IMG/VR virus record: IMGVR_UViG_3300046779_001841
Coordinates: 32,001-96,000 of that record
Origin: a virus
Lineage: Duplodnaviria > Caudoviricetes
Strand: one strand, 5' to 3'
Length of the DNA stretch: 64,000 nt
The notes under the pieces are model-generated. The model did no database searches. It saw nothing but the letters and a program-made list of their open reading frames with translations, and was not told the origin of the DNA. Both the position numbers and the translations under genes were made by a program. Positions 45,400 to 54,860 of this stretch are shown here, piece by piece. Positions within the stretch are counted from its first letter, which is position 1. Each line of letters opens with the position of its first letter.

Positions 45400-46560
45400 T
45401 TATTTGTTTTTCATTTTATCCTTTACTATACTAAAAAACATCGGTAAGTTTAGCGATTCTTTCTTTTTTTCATCAATATTATTTTTTTCTTCTTGCATGA
45501 CAATATTCTTAAAGCCTATCTTCCATTTCATCACATCACAAATTAACATAGCATTTGTCGGTCTAATTGGCTTGGATGCGAGTTCATCAGCTAATTGCAA
45601 CAAATTATTCCCATTTTTTAACCATGCTTCTTTTAAAATCTCTGTATTCCAGTATGGAGGTATGTTCGTCAAACCAAGTCCAATATTTAATGCTAACATA
45701 CTTGCTTCTATTAAACGATCATAAGCAACACCTACTGGTGTTGTTTCTAAAATCTTAGAAAGTAGTTCACTTGCTTGTCTGGCATCTGCATTTAAAACAT
45801 TTGCCAACAAGTCATTTCTATCTATGTGTAAATAAGACCTTACTGATTTCATATCTATATGTTTATTAAATCCAGATGAAATACCTTCCACTGCTTTCAA
45901 GGCATCTCTAATATGATATTCAGTAATATTCGCTATCAATTTCAATGCTTGATAATCATAAGTAATACTTTCTTTTTCACAAACATGAACAAGACGGTTT
46001 GCAATTTGATCATCAGATGCAGGTTTAATAATAAAAGACATTGCCCTAGATAAAATGGTTTGTCTTAGCTTTTGAATTTCAGTAGTGCAAAAAATACAAA
46101 CAAGTTTCTTTTCTAAACTATTTGGTCTATTATCTTCTAAAGACTTTAATAACAAATCTAAAGATTGTGTAGATAAAGCGTGTGCTTCATCAAAACAATA
46201 TAATCTTCTTCTACCACTAAAAGTAGTGTAGTCGATTTCTTCTAAAACTTTCTTTAAATCTTCTTTACCACTATTCGTTGCACTATCTACTTCGATATAA
46301 GAATCGGATGTACCTTCAAGCATAGAAATACAAGAATAGCATTTATCACAGGCTTCTCCATTAACAGGTGCTTCACAAAGCAATGCTCTAGCAAGTATTC
46401 TTGCAGTGGTTGTTTTACCTGTACCATAACCACCACTAAAAACATAACTAGAAGTCCATCCTTTGCCATTAGAAACAACACCTTTTAAAACTTGAACAAT
46501 AGGTTCTTGACCAATCAAGTCTTGATATGTTCTTGGTCTGTATTTAGTATCAAAAGACAT
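45400..46560 (-). CDS. dnaX: DNA polymerase III gamma/tau clamp-loader ATPase
   Basis: KYRPRTY.DLIGQE, GGYGTGKTT, C4 zinc module, DEAH, LSRA, RDAL. Confidence 0.9.
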   Translation of the reverse strand: MSFDTKYRPRTYQDLIGQEPIVQVLKGVVSNGKGWTSSYVFSGGYGTGKTTTARILARALLCEAPVNGEACDKCYSCISMLEGTSDSYIEVDSATNSGKEDLKKVLEEIDYTTFSGRRRLYCFDEAHALSTQSLDLLLKSLEDNRPNSLEKKLVCIFCTTEIQKLRQTILSRAMSFIIKPASDDQIANRLVHVCEKESITYDYQALKLIANITEYHIRDALKAVEGISSGFNKHIDMKSVRSYLHIDRNDLLANVLNADARQASELLSKILETTPVGVAYDRLIEASMLALNIGLGLTNIPPYWNTEILKEAWLKNGNNLLQLADELASKPIRPTNAMLICDVMKWKIGFKNIVMQEEKNNIDEKKKESLNLPMFFSIVKDKMKNK

Positions 46561-46561
46561 C

Positions 46562-46804
46562 TTATCTTTTTCCTTGAAAGATAAATTGACGAGTTGCACG
46601 CATTAATGCAAAACAAATAAAGAAAAACATAGCAGTTGGAAATTCTTTGATCATTGCGAACAAGATCAGAAAAATACAAAAAGCAAATATTCCAAAATAC
46701 AACAAACTCTTATCTAAGTCTTTTAATAGTTGCTCTTTGTTATTGTATGTATTCAACAAGAGGAATACTAAATATAAAATGATGTCTACATGAAATAAAG
46801 TCAT
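46562..46804 (-). CDS. Small membrane protein
   Basis: Hydrophobic segments. First gene after TAATATAAG (46847-46855). Confidence 0.55.
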   Translation of the reverse strand: MTLFHVDIILYLVFLLLNTYNNKEQLLKDLDKSLLYFGIFAFCIFLILFAMIKEFPTAMFFFICFALMRATRQFIFQGKR

Positions 46805-46877
46805 GGTTAGCTATCCTTTAAAGGTGTTTTGTTTAAGAATACAAGACTTATATTATTCTTTAAAATATTTCAATCTT

Positions 46878-46909
46878 GTTGCAAAGATTGCTTAATCACA
46901 AGTGTTATA
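46878..46909 (+). promoter_or_regulatory. Class I promoter motif
   Basis: gttgcaaagattgcttaatcacaagtgttata. Confidence 0.8.
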
Positions 46910-46947
46910 TATATGTAAGAAATGAACTTCAAACAAAGGAAAAACAA

Positions 46948-47244
46948 ATGATTGCTTATGTAAATGATGATTATGTAGATAACTTGATTGATAGACTTTC
47001 AAATGGTCTTAATGCAAATTCTGTTGAATTTGATGATGAGTATTTTACTTGTCATGTGACTTTTGAAAATCATGTTTTGACAATTAGATTTAATGAACCC
47101 ACTGATCATAGTGGTGTTTCTCAAAAAACAGAATTTTATTTAAACAATAAATTCTTAATACAAGGTATCATCAATCCTTGTGATTTACAAGATGCAAACA
47201 ATGATGCCTATGAAGCATTAAGAGAAGTTAGATTTAGTCTTTAA
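46948..47244 (+). CDS. Hypothetical early protein
   Basis: AAAGGA RBS before MIAYVN. Confidence 0.7.
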   Translation: MIAYVNDDYVDNLIDRLSNGLNANSVEFDDEYFTCHVTFENHVLTIRFNEPTDHSGVSQKTEFYLNNKFLIQGIINPCDLQDANNDAYEALREVRFSL

Positions 47245-47380
47245 AAAAGACAAGATAACAAGTTGTATAAAGACAAATTGCTACGATTGGATAATTCCAA
47301 AGTAACCAGCCAAGAACATAAAGAATAACACTACAAAATGCTAATAAGAAAAGAAAAAATAAGTTTCTTTCAGAAAACAT
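47234..47380 (-). CDS. 48-aa hydrophobic micro-protein (not in the ORF track)
   Basis: MFSERNLFFLFLLAFCSVILYVLGWLLWNYPIVAICLYTTCYLVFFKD. Starts 1 nt after the mazG stop. Confidence 0.5.
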   Translation of the reverse strand: MFSERNLFFLFLLAFCSVILYVLGWLLWNYPIVAICLYTTCYLVFFKD

Positions 47381-47381
47381 T

Positions 47382-47705
47382 TTATCTGTTATCACCATTG
47401 CCTTGAATTACACCACGATTTAATCTGTCCAGCAACTTGTTCATATTGTAGGTTGCAATTTCTTCAAGATCAATTCCTAATTCATCTGATAGTCTTGCAA
47501 CATACCAAAGCACATCACCAATTTCTGCTTTCATATCTGCCTTGAACGCATCATCCACTGGTCGATTGTCACGAATAACTTTCTTAACCTTGTTCGCAAT
47601 TTCTCCAGCTTCACCTACTAAACCAAGTGTGCAATAATTCATTCCTTGTTCTTTAGGATATTTTGCAGTCAATGCGGTTTGTTGTTGATATTCTTTAAAG
47701 TTCAT
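47382..47705 (-). CDS. mazG: MazG-like nucleoside triphosphate pyrophosphohydrolase
   Basis: LGLVGEAGEIANKVKK...EIGDVLWYVA. Confidence 0.9.
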   Translation of the reverse strand: MNFKEYQQQTALTAKYPKEQGMNYCTLGLVGEAGEIANKVKKVIRDNRPVDDAFKADMKAEIGDVLWYVARLSDELGIDLEEIATYNMNKLLDRLNRGVIQGNGDNR

Positions 47706-47787
47706 CTTTAAAACTCCATTTGTGAAAAAAACTTCGTAAACTTAATACAAGAAACTTATAAGTTTCTTGCAACAGAAAGGCAAAAAA

Positions 47788-48102
47788 ATGCAAAATATTT
47801 TAGATCTATTAGAAACCAATAACTTTAATGTTTCTATCCAAGATAATTCTATCTATTCCACTTCATCCAGATCTTTACTTGAAGATAGTATTTCTTTCCA
47901 AATTAATACACTCTCTGATGGTAAACTCTATGTCACAAAAATTTATCATTTGAAACATGATGATAATCTCTTCTTAGGTAATACTCTTTGCCATATTGAA
48001 GATGCTATACTAGAACCACAAGACTTGATCCAATTTTTAAATTCAGATTTTAAAAAAGATGGTTTCTTCATTGATCAATTTAATTACCATCTCACTTACT
48101 AA
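47788..48102 (+). CDS. Hypothetical protein
   Basis: ORF with AAAGG RBS. Confidence 0.55.
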   Translation: MQNILDLLETNNFNVSIQDNSIYSTSSRSLLEDSISFQINTLSDGKLYVTKIYHLKHDDNLFLGNTLCHIEDAILEPQDLIQFLNSDFKKDGFFIDQFNYHLTY

Positions 48103-48712
48103 TAATCTTATCTACCAATCCATTCTTCAAACATTCCGAACTGGATAACCAAATATCTCTTTTTAAAATCTTCTTAATATCTTTCTTTTTCATCTTAGAA
48201 TACTTTACATAAAAATCACTTAACACATTCATAAGTGTATGCAAGTTTTCTGTTTCATCTTTAATCTGTTCAAAATTACCTGTTGTCCAACCACTCACTT
48301 GATGAATAAGCATAAAAGACAAATCTGTAATAAATCTTTTCTTTCCAACCATGCTTAATAAAGTACCTGCACTCGCAACACCACCTTCAACATAAGTATA
48401 TACAGGCACTTTGCAATTAGCTATTGCAGATGCACCAGCTAATCCACTATATACATCACCACCATAAGAATGAATATGTAAATGAACAGGTGGTGGTTCT
48501 TCTAAATCATATTCGATTTGGATTTCTCTACTAAGTAGAGAAGCAGATTGCAAACTTAGGTTCAAATCTTGAATACTTTTTTGATCTACATTAGTGTAAT
48601 AATAGATATGTAAATGCTTATGTGTTATTGAACTAAAATTTGATTCGCTATTTGTAGCATAAGGTATCAAAACACGATCTTTGGATTTCTTGTTTTCAAA
48701 ATTCATTATCAT
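48092..48712 (-). CDS. clpP: ClpP-like serine protease subunit
   Basis: IHSYGGDV, VASAG (Ser), MLIHQ (His), RDIWLS (Asp), GLVDKI. Confidence 0.88.
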   Translation of the reverse strand: MIMNFENKKSKDRVLIPYATNSESNFSSITHKHLHIYYYTNVDQKSIQDLNLSLQSASLLSREIQIEYDLEEPPPVHLHIHSYGGDVYSGLAGASAIANCKVPVYTYVEGGVASAGTLLSMVGKKRFITDLSFMLIHQVSGWTTGNFEQIKDETENLHTLMNVLSDFYVKYSKMKKKDIKKILKRDIWLSSSECLKNGLVDKIISK

Positions 48713-48739
48713 ATCCTTTTGATGATAAAAGTTTGATTA

Positions 48740-49048
48740 TTATACAAGACATTCCGATAAAGATAAGTATGTTTTATTTTCACAAATGAAAAGACAAGAT
48801 TCGACCATATAATTAAGATATTCGGTATCTATCTTAAAATCTTCTATCTTAATGACTTTTATAACATCCAAGATACTTGGATGTCTTGCTTTAATAACAA
48901 TATGGATTTTTTTAGATGATCGCTTTTCCATATAGCTTGCCATAATGTCTATGCACAAATCCTGTACAGATATATAAGAAGTAAGTCTATGGCTTTTTAA
49001 AATAGCATTTACTTGTGCTTGAATATAAAGGTCTTCTAATGATTTCAT
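48740..49048 (-). CDS. Hypothetical protein
   Basis: ORF. Confidence 0.55.
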   Translation of the reverse strand: MKSLEDLYIQAQVNAILKSHRLTSYISVQDLCIDIMASYMEKRSSKKIHIVIKARHPSILDVIKVIKIEDFKIDTEYLNYMVESCLFICENKTYLSLSECLV

Positions 49049-49106
49049 CTGTGTTCCTATTGTTTTTTTATTTATATAATCTTAATACAAATAAAGGAGC
49101 ATTGAA

Positions 49107-49700
49107 ATGAAATATAACAATCCAAGAGATTATGTAGATTATATCACAGGTCATTTCTTAAACAGTCTTGATTACAATGTAGAACGGATAGAATCCCTTA
49201 TTGAGAAACAAAGTGAGAAATGGCTACATTGGAATCAGAATGTAGTAGGCATTAAAGATCCTGTTGTATTACCTGAAGAGCAATATCAAGTGATGAAAGG
49301 TTTCTTTAATAGGGTTGGCAAAGAGTTTGCACGATTAGATAAAATGATGAGTACAACCTTAAAGCTACTTTTAGAGATTGATATTGAAGAATACACAGAA
49401 GATTTAATTTTAGTAAAGACAGCACGGATTAAGAAAGCATTTCAAGAGAATGGCTGGCATTATGGTCGTACCTTATGGACGAATTTAAAGGCTTTGCTAG
49501 ATTTATTAAAATTGCATTTGGCAAAGCTAAGGTCTAAATATAATGAGATTATAGATGATGCAGTAGATAAGAGTTTAGTTTTAGAATGGCAACTTGCATT
49601 AAAAACACATTGTCAATCTATGCAAGGCTTGATTAAGAATGTTTTATTTACATTAGATAGTAGATTAGAAGAAGTCATCAAAGAGTTTAAAGATTTTTAA
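49107..49700 (+). CDS. Hypothetical helical protein
   Basis: AAGGAG RBS. Confidence 0.65.
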   Translation: MKYNNPRDYVDYITGHFLNSLDYNVERIESLIEKQSEKWLHWNQNVVGIKDPVVLPEEQYQVMKGFFNRVGKEFARLDKMMSTTLKLLLEIDIEEYTEDLILVKTARIKKAFQENGWHYGRTLWTNLKALLDLLKLHLAKLRSKYNEIIDDAVDKSLVLEWQLALKTHCQSMQGLIKNVLFTLDSRLEEVIKEFKDF

Positions 49701-49757
49701 TATTTTATTTATATCTACTTTCTTTAATATTAATCTCTTAAAAGAAGGATAAACATT

Positions 49758-50138
49758 ATGTTTAATCATTTAGAAAGTCGTTTAAATCGTCTTCGTAAGG
49801 CATCTCACCTTGATGCTCAAATCTCTAAATTCTCATCTGTGCAAAAACCCGGGACTGAAAAGCAATTCGCTGAGTGGTGTGTCTATGTTTTTGAGGCTGT
49901 TGGAAAGTGTAAAATCGAAGATTTTAAAATGGTGGGTGACGATGCTTTTACTTTTGAAGGTACAGATAAAAAAGGATTAGTCTTTAATGCAGGATTAGTT
50001 TATCATGGTCTTACTTTTGAATGGACTGTTAATGTAGGTAAGAGTAGTTATTCCGATAAACAAACTTTAAAAAGTCTTTTTAGTATGGCTCAAATCCCAA
50101 TGGAAATGGTTCGTCCAATTCAAATGGGGAAATTTTAG
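49758..50138 (+). CDS. Tagged protein (MFNHLESRLNRLRKAS), unknown cargo
   Basis: Divergent tag. Confidence 0.7.
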   Translation: MFNHLESRLNRLRKASHLDAQISKFSSVQKPGTEKQFAEWCVYVFEAVGKCKIEDFKMVGDDAFTFEGTDKKGLVFNAGLVYHGLTFEWTVNVGKSSYSDKQTLKSLFSMAQIPMEMVRPIQMGKF

Positions 50139-50157
50139 ACAATCTCTTTTCCAATAT

Positions 50158-51387
50158 TTAAAATACTCTTTTAAATATACCTTCTACATCTATATGCTGT
50201 TCTACATCACTTAGACCTAATACATCTGATAACTTTCTATTTTCTTTATATGCCTCAAAACTTGCTGATTGCACAAGCTGATAAGCATAATCTCTTGAAT
50301 ATCCTTGATCTACATATCTTGTTAAGATCGTCTGTGATAAATATAAATCATTCGCCTCTTCTATATTTGCCAGCATCCTAGCTTTATCTACTTCAATATT
50401 TAAAATCATCTCATTCAATCTCTTTAAAGCATAATCACATAAGCCTGTTGCATCTTCACTTATTACTCTCTCTACACTAGAATGAGATATATCTCTTTCA
50501 TGCCATAGAACTACATTCTCAAGAGCAGGTATTGTATATCCTCTTAATAGTCTTGCAATACCTGTTAAGTTTTCTGCACTAATAGGATTTCTTTTATGTG
50601 GCATTGCACTAGATCCTTTTTGACCTTTGCTAAATCCTTCAAACACTTCACCAACAGATGATTGATGTAAATTTCTAACCATGACTGCTATTCGTTCAAT
50701 AGAAGAACCCATTAAACCAATAATACTAAAAAATAAGCCATGTCTATCTCTTGGAATGATTTGAGTAGAAACAGGTTCTATTTTTAAATGAAATTTATCA
50801 GCAAGATGTTTTTCTACTTCGATAGGCACGATACTATAATTACCAACAGGACCCGATATTTGTAGAAAAGAGATTTCATCTATTGCTTGGATAAGTCTTT
50901 CTTTATTTCTTAACCATTCGGAATAGAAAGATAAAAGGACTAGACCAAAAGTAGTTTTTTCTGCATACATACCATGAGAGCGACCCATCATATAAGTGTA
51001 TTTATGTTCGAGTGCTTTGTCTTTAAGAGTTAAAAGAAGAGTATCTATTCTGGAAAGAATTTGGTTGCCAGCATTTCTTAATTGGATGGCAAAAGCAGTA
51101 TCTAAGACATCCGAACTTGTAAGACCACGATGTAGATATTTTTTAAGATTTTCAGTGGTGGAGAGAGATGCAAGGAAAGCCATAAATTCATGTTTAAGAG
51201 TGATTTCAAAAGATTTGATAGCATCTGGATTGATATTGAGATCAAGTTCATCAGCAGTACCTATAGGAATAATGCCAAGAGATTCGTATGCTTTACAGAC
51301 TTCAAATTCAATATCAAGCCAAAGATTAAATTTAGAAGTATCAGACCATATAGAAAGCATTTCATTAGTTTGGTATCTTGAAATCAT
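50158..51387 (-). CDS. purB: Adenylosuccinate lyase
   Basis: MISRY...GLTSSD, GRSHG, GSSAMPHKRNP signature, WHERDISHSSVER. Confidence 0.93.
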   Translation of the reverse strand: MISRYQTNEMLSIWSDTSKFNLWLDIEFEVCKAYESLGIIPIGTADELDLNINPDAIKSFEITLKHEFMAFLASLSTTENLKKYLHRGLTSSDVLDTAFAIQLRNAGNQILSRIDTLLLTLKDKALEHKYTYMMGRSHGMYAEKTTFGLVLLSFYSEWLRNKERLIQAIDEISFLQISGPVGNYSIVPIEVEKHLADKFHLKIEPVSTQIIPRDRHGLFFSIIGLMGSSIERIAVMVRNLHQSSVGEVFEGFSKGQKGSSAMPHKRNPISAENLTGIARLLRGYTIPALENVVLWHERDISHSSVERVISEDATGLCDYALKRLNEMILNIEVDKARMLANIEEANDLYLSQTILTRYVDQGYSRDYAYQLVQSASFEAYKENRKLSDVLGLSDVEQHIDVEGIFKRVF

Positions 51388-51502
51388 GTGTTATCCTTTA
51401 AAAAATAAATAATGCGAATTATACAAGTTTTTTGTTTGACACCTCAATTAAGTTTGAATAATGAATATGATGTTTTTTTACTCTTTCAAAAGGAAAAATA
51501 AA

Positions 51503-51736
51503 ATGGATAACGATGTTCAAAAAATGGTTGAGATCCAACAAGCTAAATCTCAGTGTTTGTTTTTTGGTATTCTTTCTTTAATCTCTTGGATTTTCCCAAT
51601 CGCTGGTTTTATGAATGCAGTTGTTGGTATTAAGTATTCTGTTAAAGCAGATAACACTTTCACTTTGGTTTTAAATATTATTGGTCTAGTGCTTACGATT
51701 GGAAATTCTGTTGCTGGTGCAATGATGAATATGTAA
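51503..51736 (+). CDS. Small membrane protein (DUF4190-like)
   Basis: LFFGILSLISWIFPIAG...IIGLVL; two to three hydrophobic segments. Confidence 0.6.
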   Translation: MDNDVQKMVEIQQAKSQCLFFGILSLISWIFPIAGFMNAVVGIKYSVKADNTFTLVLNIIGLVLTIGNSVAGAMMNM

Positions 51737-52123
51737 TTAAATCATAACAGGCAATGGACTGCCACTCCATGCTTCAAGTACTTTATTGCCAATTAAAATT
51801 TCTGATTTAAAATCAGGATCGTCAGATTCTTGAATAATACCTTTGATCGCAGAACCTGCAGATGAATGTAAATCAGGTACAACATATCTAATATTGGTTA
51901 TATTTTTTCTTCTAATCTTAGGTTCGATATTTGAATCGATTTGTTCTAATGGTTGTACAATCACAGTATGGTTTTCTAAATCTACATTTAAGACTTTATA
52001 GAATGTAAATTTAAAAGCACCAAGTTCACCGAAAACATAAATGTCATTCTTAGCAATATCTGTAATATGGTTTGCACTCTTGAGATTTGATAATCTCTTT
52101 TTTAAAGAAGCAAGTTTGTTCAT
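51737..52123 (-). CDS. Tagged protein (MNKLASLKKRLSNLKSA), unknown cargo
   Basis: AAAGGA RBS before MNKLAS; divergent tag. Confidence 0.7.
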   Translation of the reverse strand: MNKLASLKKRLSNLKSANHITDIAKNDIYVFGELGAFKFTFYKVLNVDLENHTVIVQPLEQIDSNIEPKIRRKNITNIRYVVPDLHSSAGSAIKGIIQESDDPDFKSEILIGNKVLEAWSGSPLPVMI

Positions 52124-52176
52124 TTGAATATCCTTTGTGCTGTTTATAACCATCACAAAAGAATATAAATAGAATA

Positions 52177-52827
52177 TTAAAGACCAAGCATTTTTAAAGT
52201 TTCTGGGAAATATTGTGCAGTAATAGTATGAATAGCTTGTGCATATTGTTGAATTTCAAGTTGAGCGCCTTTATCATTTCTTAATTGTAGAAAATGAAGA
52301 ACTGATTGTAGGCTGGCAGTCCAGATACACTCACTATAAGAAGCAACAGGTAATAAAATTCTAGCTTGTTCTCTACAAACACCTAATTTTAATAAATCAT
52401 CATAACATTGTTGGCAAGTATCATAAGCCTTATTTAAGATTTCAAATGCTTTCTGTGGTTCAAGAATTTCACCCGCACTGGATTGTTTATTTTTAGTGTC
52501 TTGTAATCTCCATGTTTCAGGAATATAAAAGCCATGTCTTAATTCTGTATATCGTGCAGATTGTTCATTCCAACTACAACCCACTTGATGTTTCATCCAC
52601 TGCCTAAGAACAAAGATAGGTGATCTTAATCTAAAAGTAATTTGTGGATGTCTAAATGGACTTGTATGTTCGTGTGTCCAAAGATAATTTAAGAGTTTAG
52701 CATCTGCATCCGACCATTCATTTGAAATTTTATTGTATGAAACACGAGCAACATTAACAACTCTTAGATCATCACCCATGTGATCGACATATTCAACAAA
52801 GCCTTCATTTTGAACATTGATTTTCAT
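52177..52827 (-). CDS. thyX: Flavin-dependent thymidylate synthase
   Basis: NVARVS, HTSPF, RQWMKHQVGCSWNEQSARY, EQARILLP, LRNDKGAQLEI. Confidence 0.93.
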   Translation of the reverse strand: MKINVQNEGFVEYVDHMGDDLRVVNVARVSYNKISNEWSDADAKLLNYLWTHEHTSPFRHPQITFRLRSPIFVLRQWMKHQVGCSWNEQSARYTELRHGFYIPETWRLQDTKNKQSSAGEILEPQKAFEILNKAYDTCQQCYDDLLKLGVCREQARILLPVASYSECIWTASLQSVLHFLQLRNDKGAQLEIQQYAQAIHTITAQYFPETLKMLGL

Positions 52828-52867
52828 TAAGTAATCCTTTATGTAAAATAGGTAAAGGATTATACAA

Positions 52868-53092
52868 CTAATTTTTGGAATTGTTTTTTACAATTTTTAA
52901 AGCAAATTCTCTTTTCTCTAAAAGATCTTGGATTTTTTCTTTAATAGAAGCAATTTCATCTGGGTGTGTATCACCAACATTATTTGCTTCAAGTATTTTG
53001 AGTTCACTATAAACTTGATTTAGAATGATTGCACTATTAGACAACCATTCACTCATCTTTTGAATGCCATTAAGATATTTTATATCATCCAT
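52868..53092 (-). CDS. Hypothetical early protein
   Basis: RBS present; downstream of a class I promoter. Confidence 0.65.
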   Translation of the reverse strand: MDDIKYLNGIQKMSEWLSNSAIILNQVYSELKILEANNVGDTHPDEIASIKEKIQDLLEKREFALKIVKNNSKN

Positions 53093-53129
53093 TTGATTTT
53101 CCTTTGTGTTAAGTCGCTATCGACATAAC

Positions 53130-53161
53130 TATAACACTTGTGGTAGTGCAGTCTTTGCAAT
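53130..53161 (-). promoter_or_regulatory. Class I promoter motif followed by hairpin GTCG-ATAG-CGAC (53113-53124)
   Basis: attgcaaagactgcactaccacaagtgttata. Confidence 0.75.
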
Positions 53162-53180
53162 CAAAATTTTTTTTTATTTA

Positions 53181-53198
53181 TATCTTTATATAAAGATA
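53181..53198. repeat. 18-bp perfect palindrome TATCTTTATATAAAGATA
   Basis: Lies in the divergent intergenic region upstream of a tagged gene. Confidence 0.8.
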
Positions 53199-53231
53199 AA
53201 TGTTCAAAACTTTTAATAAAGGACAATCAAA

Positions 53232-53639
53232 ATGATTAGACAAAGACTCGCTTCTTTAGAATCCCGTATCGCTGTAATAAAAACTAGAGGAACGGATTCA
53301 ATTACAGGAATTTATAATTTAAAAAATGTAGACTTTGATCAAATATTAAATTATATGGATGGTATTATAGGTGGTGTCTATGAATATTCATTTGAAAAAG
53401 TACCAAACAACAAATATGATGGTGTGAAGATCGTTGTTAAAAAGCCCAGAGAAACATTTGTGTTTCAAATTGATGTAAGACAAGATTTGAATGCTTTGCA
53501 AATCTTATATTTTCTTCCCCTTTCTTATGGTGGTAAATATCATTATTCTAAAGAGATTCCATTTGATAAACTTGGAAAGAATGTAAATTGGGTCATAGCT
53601 GAAAAACTTAGAGATTTTGTCAAGGTTTATGACTATTAA
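53232..53639 (+). CDS. Tagged protein (MIRQRLASLESRIAVI), unknown cargo
   Basis: Divergent tag. Confidence 0.75.
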   Translation: MIRQRLASLESRIAVIKTRGTDSITGIYNLKNVDFDQILNYMDGIIGGVYEYSFEKVPNNKYDGVKIVVKKPRETFVFQIDVRQDLNALQILYFLPLSYGGKYHYSKEIPFDKLGKNVNWVIAEKLRDFVKVYDY

Positions 53640-53829
53640 ATAATGAAGACGATAGTTTCTAAATTCTTAAATAAAAAAATTTTATTAAACAGTTTTAAGT
53701 ATATTTTTAATACTTTCTGCAAAAAAGACATTCACCATTGATATTGAATGATTTCTTAATCGATCAAGATAAATAATAAATTTATAAAGATTTTTTTAGT
53801 ATAGACACTTACCATATAGGAGAACAAAA

Positions 53830-54858
53830 ATGTCATGTGTTATTCCAGATGGTGCAAAAGTTAAACTAGTCAATGGTAAAATTGTTTGGCATGGTAAAGA
53901 ATACAACCAAACAGATTGCACCATTGGTGATGGTGTTGTTTTCACTACCGAAGTCAAAGAGATTGGTGTAGATGAAGAAGAACAACCAAAACCTAAGAAA
54001 AAGAAAACTGCACCTAAGACTGAACAGAAGTCAGTAGAACAAACTTCTGATAATATAGAGATAGATACAAATCAAGATACAACAAAGGACATTGATATGG
54101 GACTTCCTATTCAAGCACCACAAGAACATAATCCTGGTCAAGGTCAAGTGCAACCACCTGTTCAACAACAAATGCCAGTGCAACCACAACAAATGCAACC
54201 TGTTCAACAAATGCAGATGCCAGTGCAAATGCCACAAGGTTTGCCACAAGGTTTTACTGTACCACCACAATTCCAACAACAATATCAACAATTTCAACAA
54301 CAATTTCAGCAACCACAACAATTACATAATGAAGTTCAACATCCACCTGCAGATGGTATGGATATGAACATGATTAAAACCATTATGAGTATCGCTGGTG
54401 ATAATCCAGTGGTTCTTGTTGCTTTAATTGGTGCTTATCTAGGTTTCACTTGGATGAAGAAGATGGAAAAGATCAAAGAGAAAGAAGCTGAAAATGGTGG
54501 ACAACACGCAACAGCTTGTGATAATGATCGTAAAAATCTTAATTCCAAATTCACGGATATTGACTTTAAAGTTCAAAAAATAGATATGCTTGAGAATAAA
54601 GTTAAGCAAATGGGTGATGTTAATGGTCGTTTAACAAAACTTGAAGAAAATAGTAATGGCTTAACATTCAATGATACTTCTGATCTTGAAGAAACATTGG
54701 CAAAAGTGACTAAGAAAGTTGAATCTTTAGATAAGAAAATAGCATCTTTGGTAGCTAATGCACAAGCACCTGCTAAAGTGGAAATAGCTAAGAAACCAGC
54801 TAAAGGTAAAGATACAAAAACAATTTCTGAATTTTTACCTGAAGAAGATGAAGAATAA
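53830..54858 (+). CDS. Membrane-anchored protein with a Pro/Gln-rich linker and coiled coil
   Basis: Q/P low-complexity tract, TM PVVLVALIGAYLGFTWM, C-terminal heptads. Confidence 0.7.
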   Translation: MSCVIPDGAKVKLVNGKIVWHGKEYNQTDCTIGDGVVFTTEVKEIGVDEEEQPKPKKKKTAPKTEQKSVEQTSDNIEIDTNQDTTKDIDMGLPIQAPQEHNPGQGQVQPPVQQQMPVQPQQMQPVQQMQMPVQMPQGLPQGFTVPPQFQQQYQQFQQQFQQPQQLHNEVQHPPADGMDMNMIKTIMSIAGDNPVVLVALIGAYLGFTWMKKMEKIKEKEAENGGQHATACDNDRKNLNSKFTDIDFKVQKIDMLENKVKQMGDVNGRLTKLEENSNGLTFNDTSDLEETLAKVTKKVESLDKKIASLVANAQAPAKVEIAKKPAKGKDTKTISEFLPEEDEE

Positions 54859-54860
54859 GA

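Noticed and set aside
50158-51387. Calling a 2-aminoadenine (Z) genome from PurB plus MazG
   Set aside because: PurZ, DatZ and DpoZ are absent from the window, and the MazG is the common short phage type. Kept only as a hypothesis.
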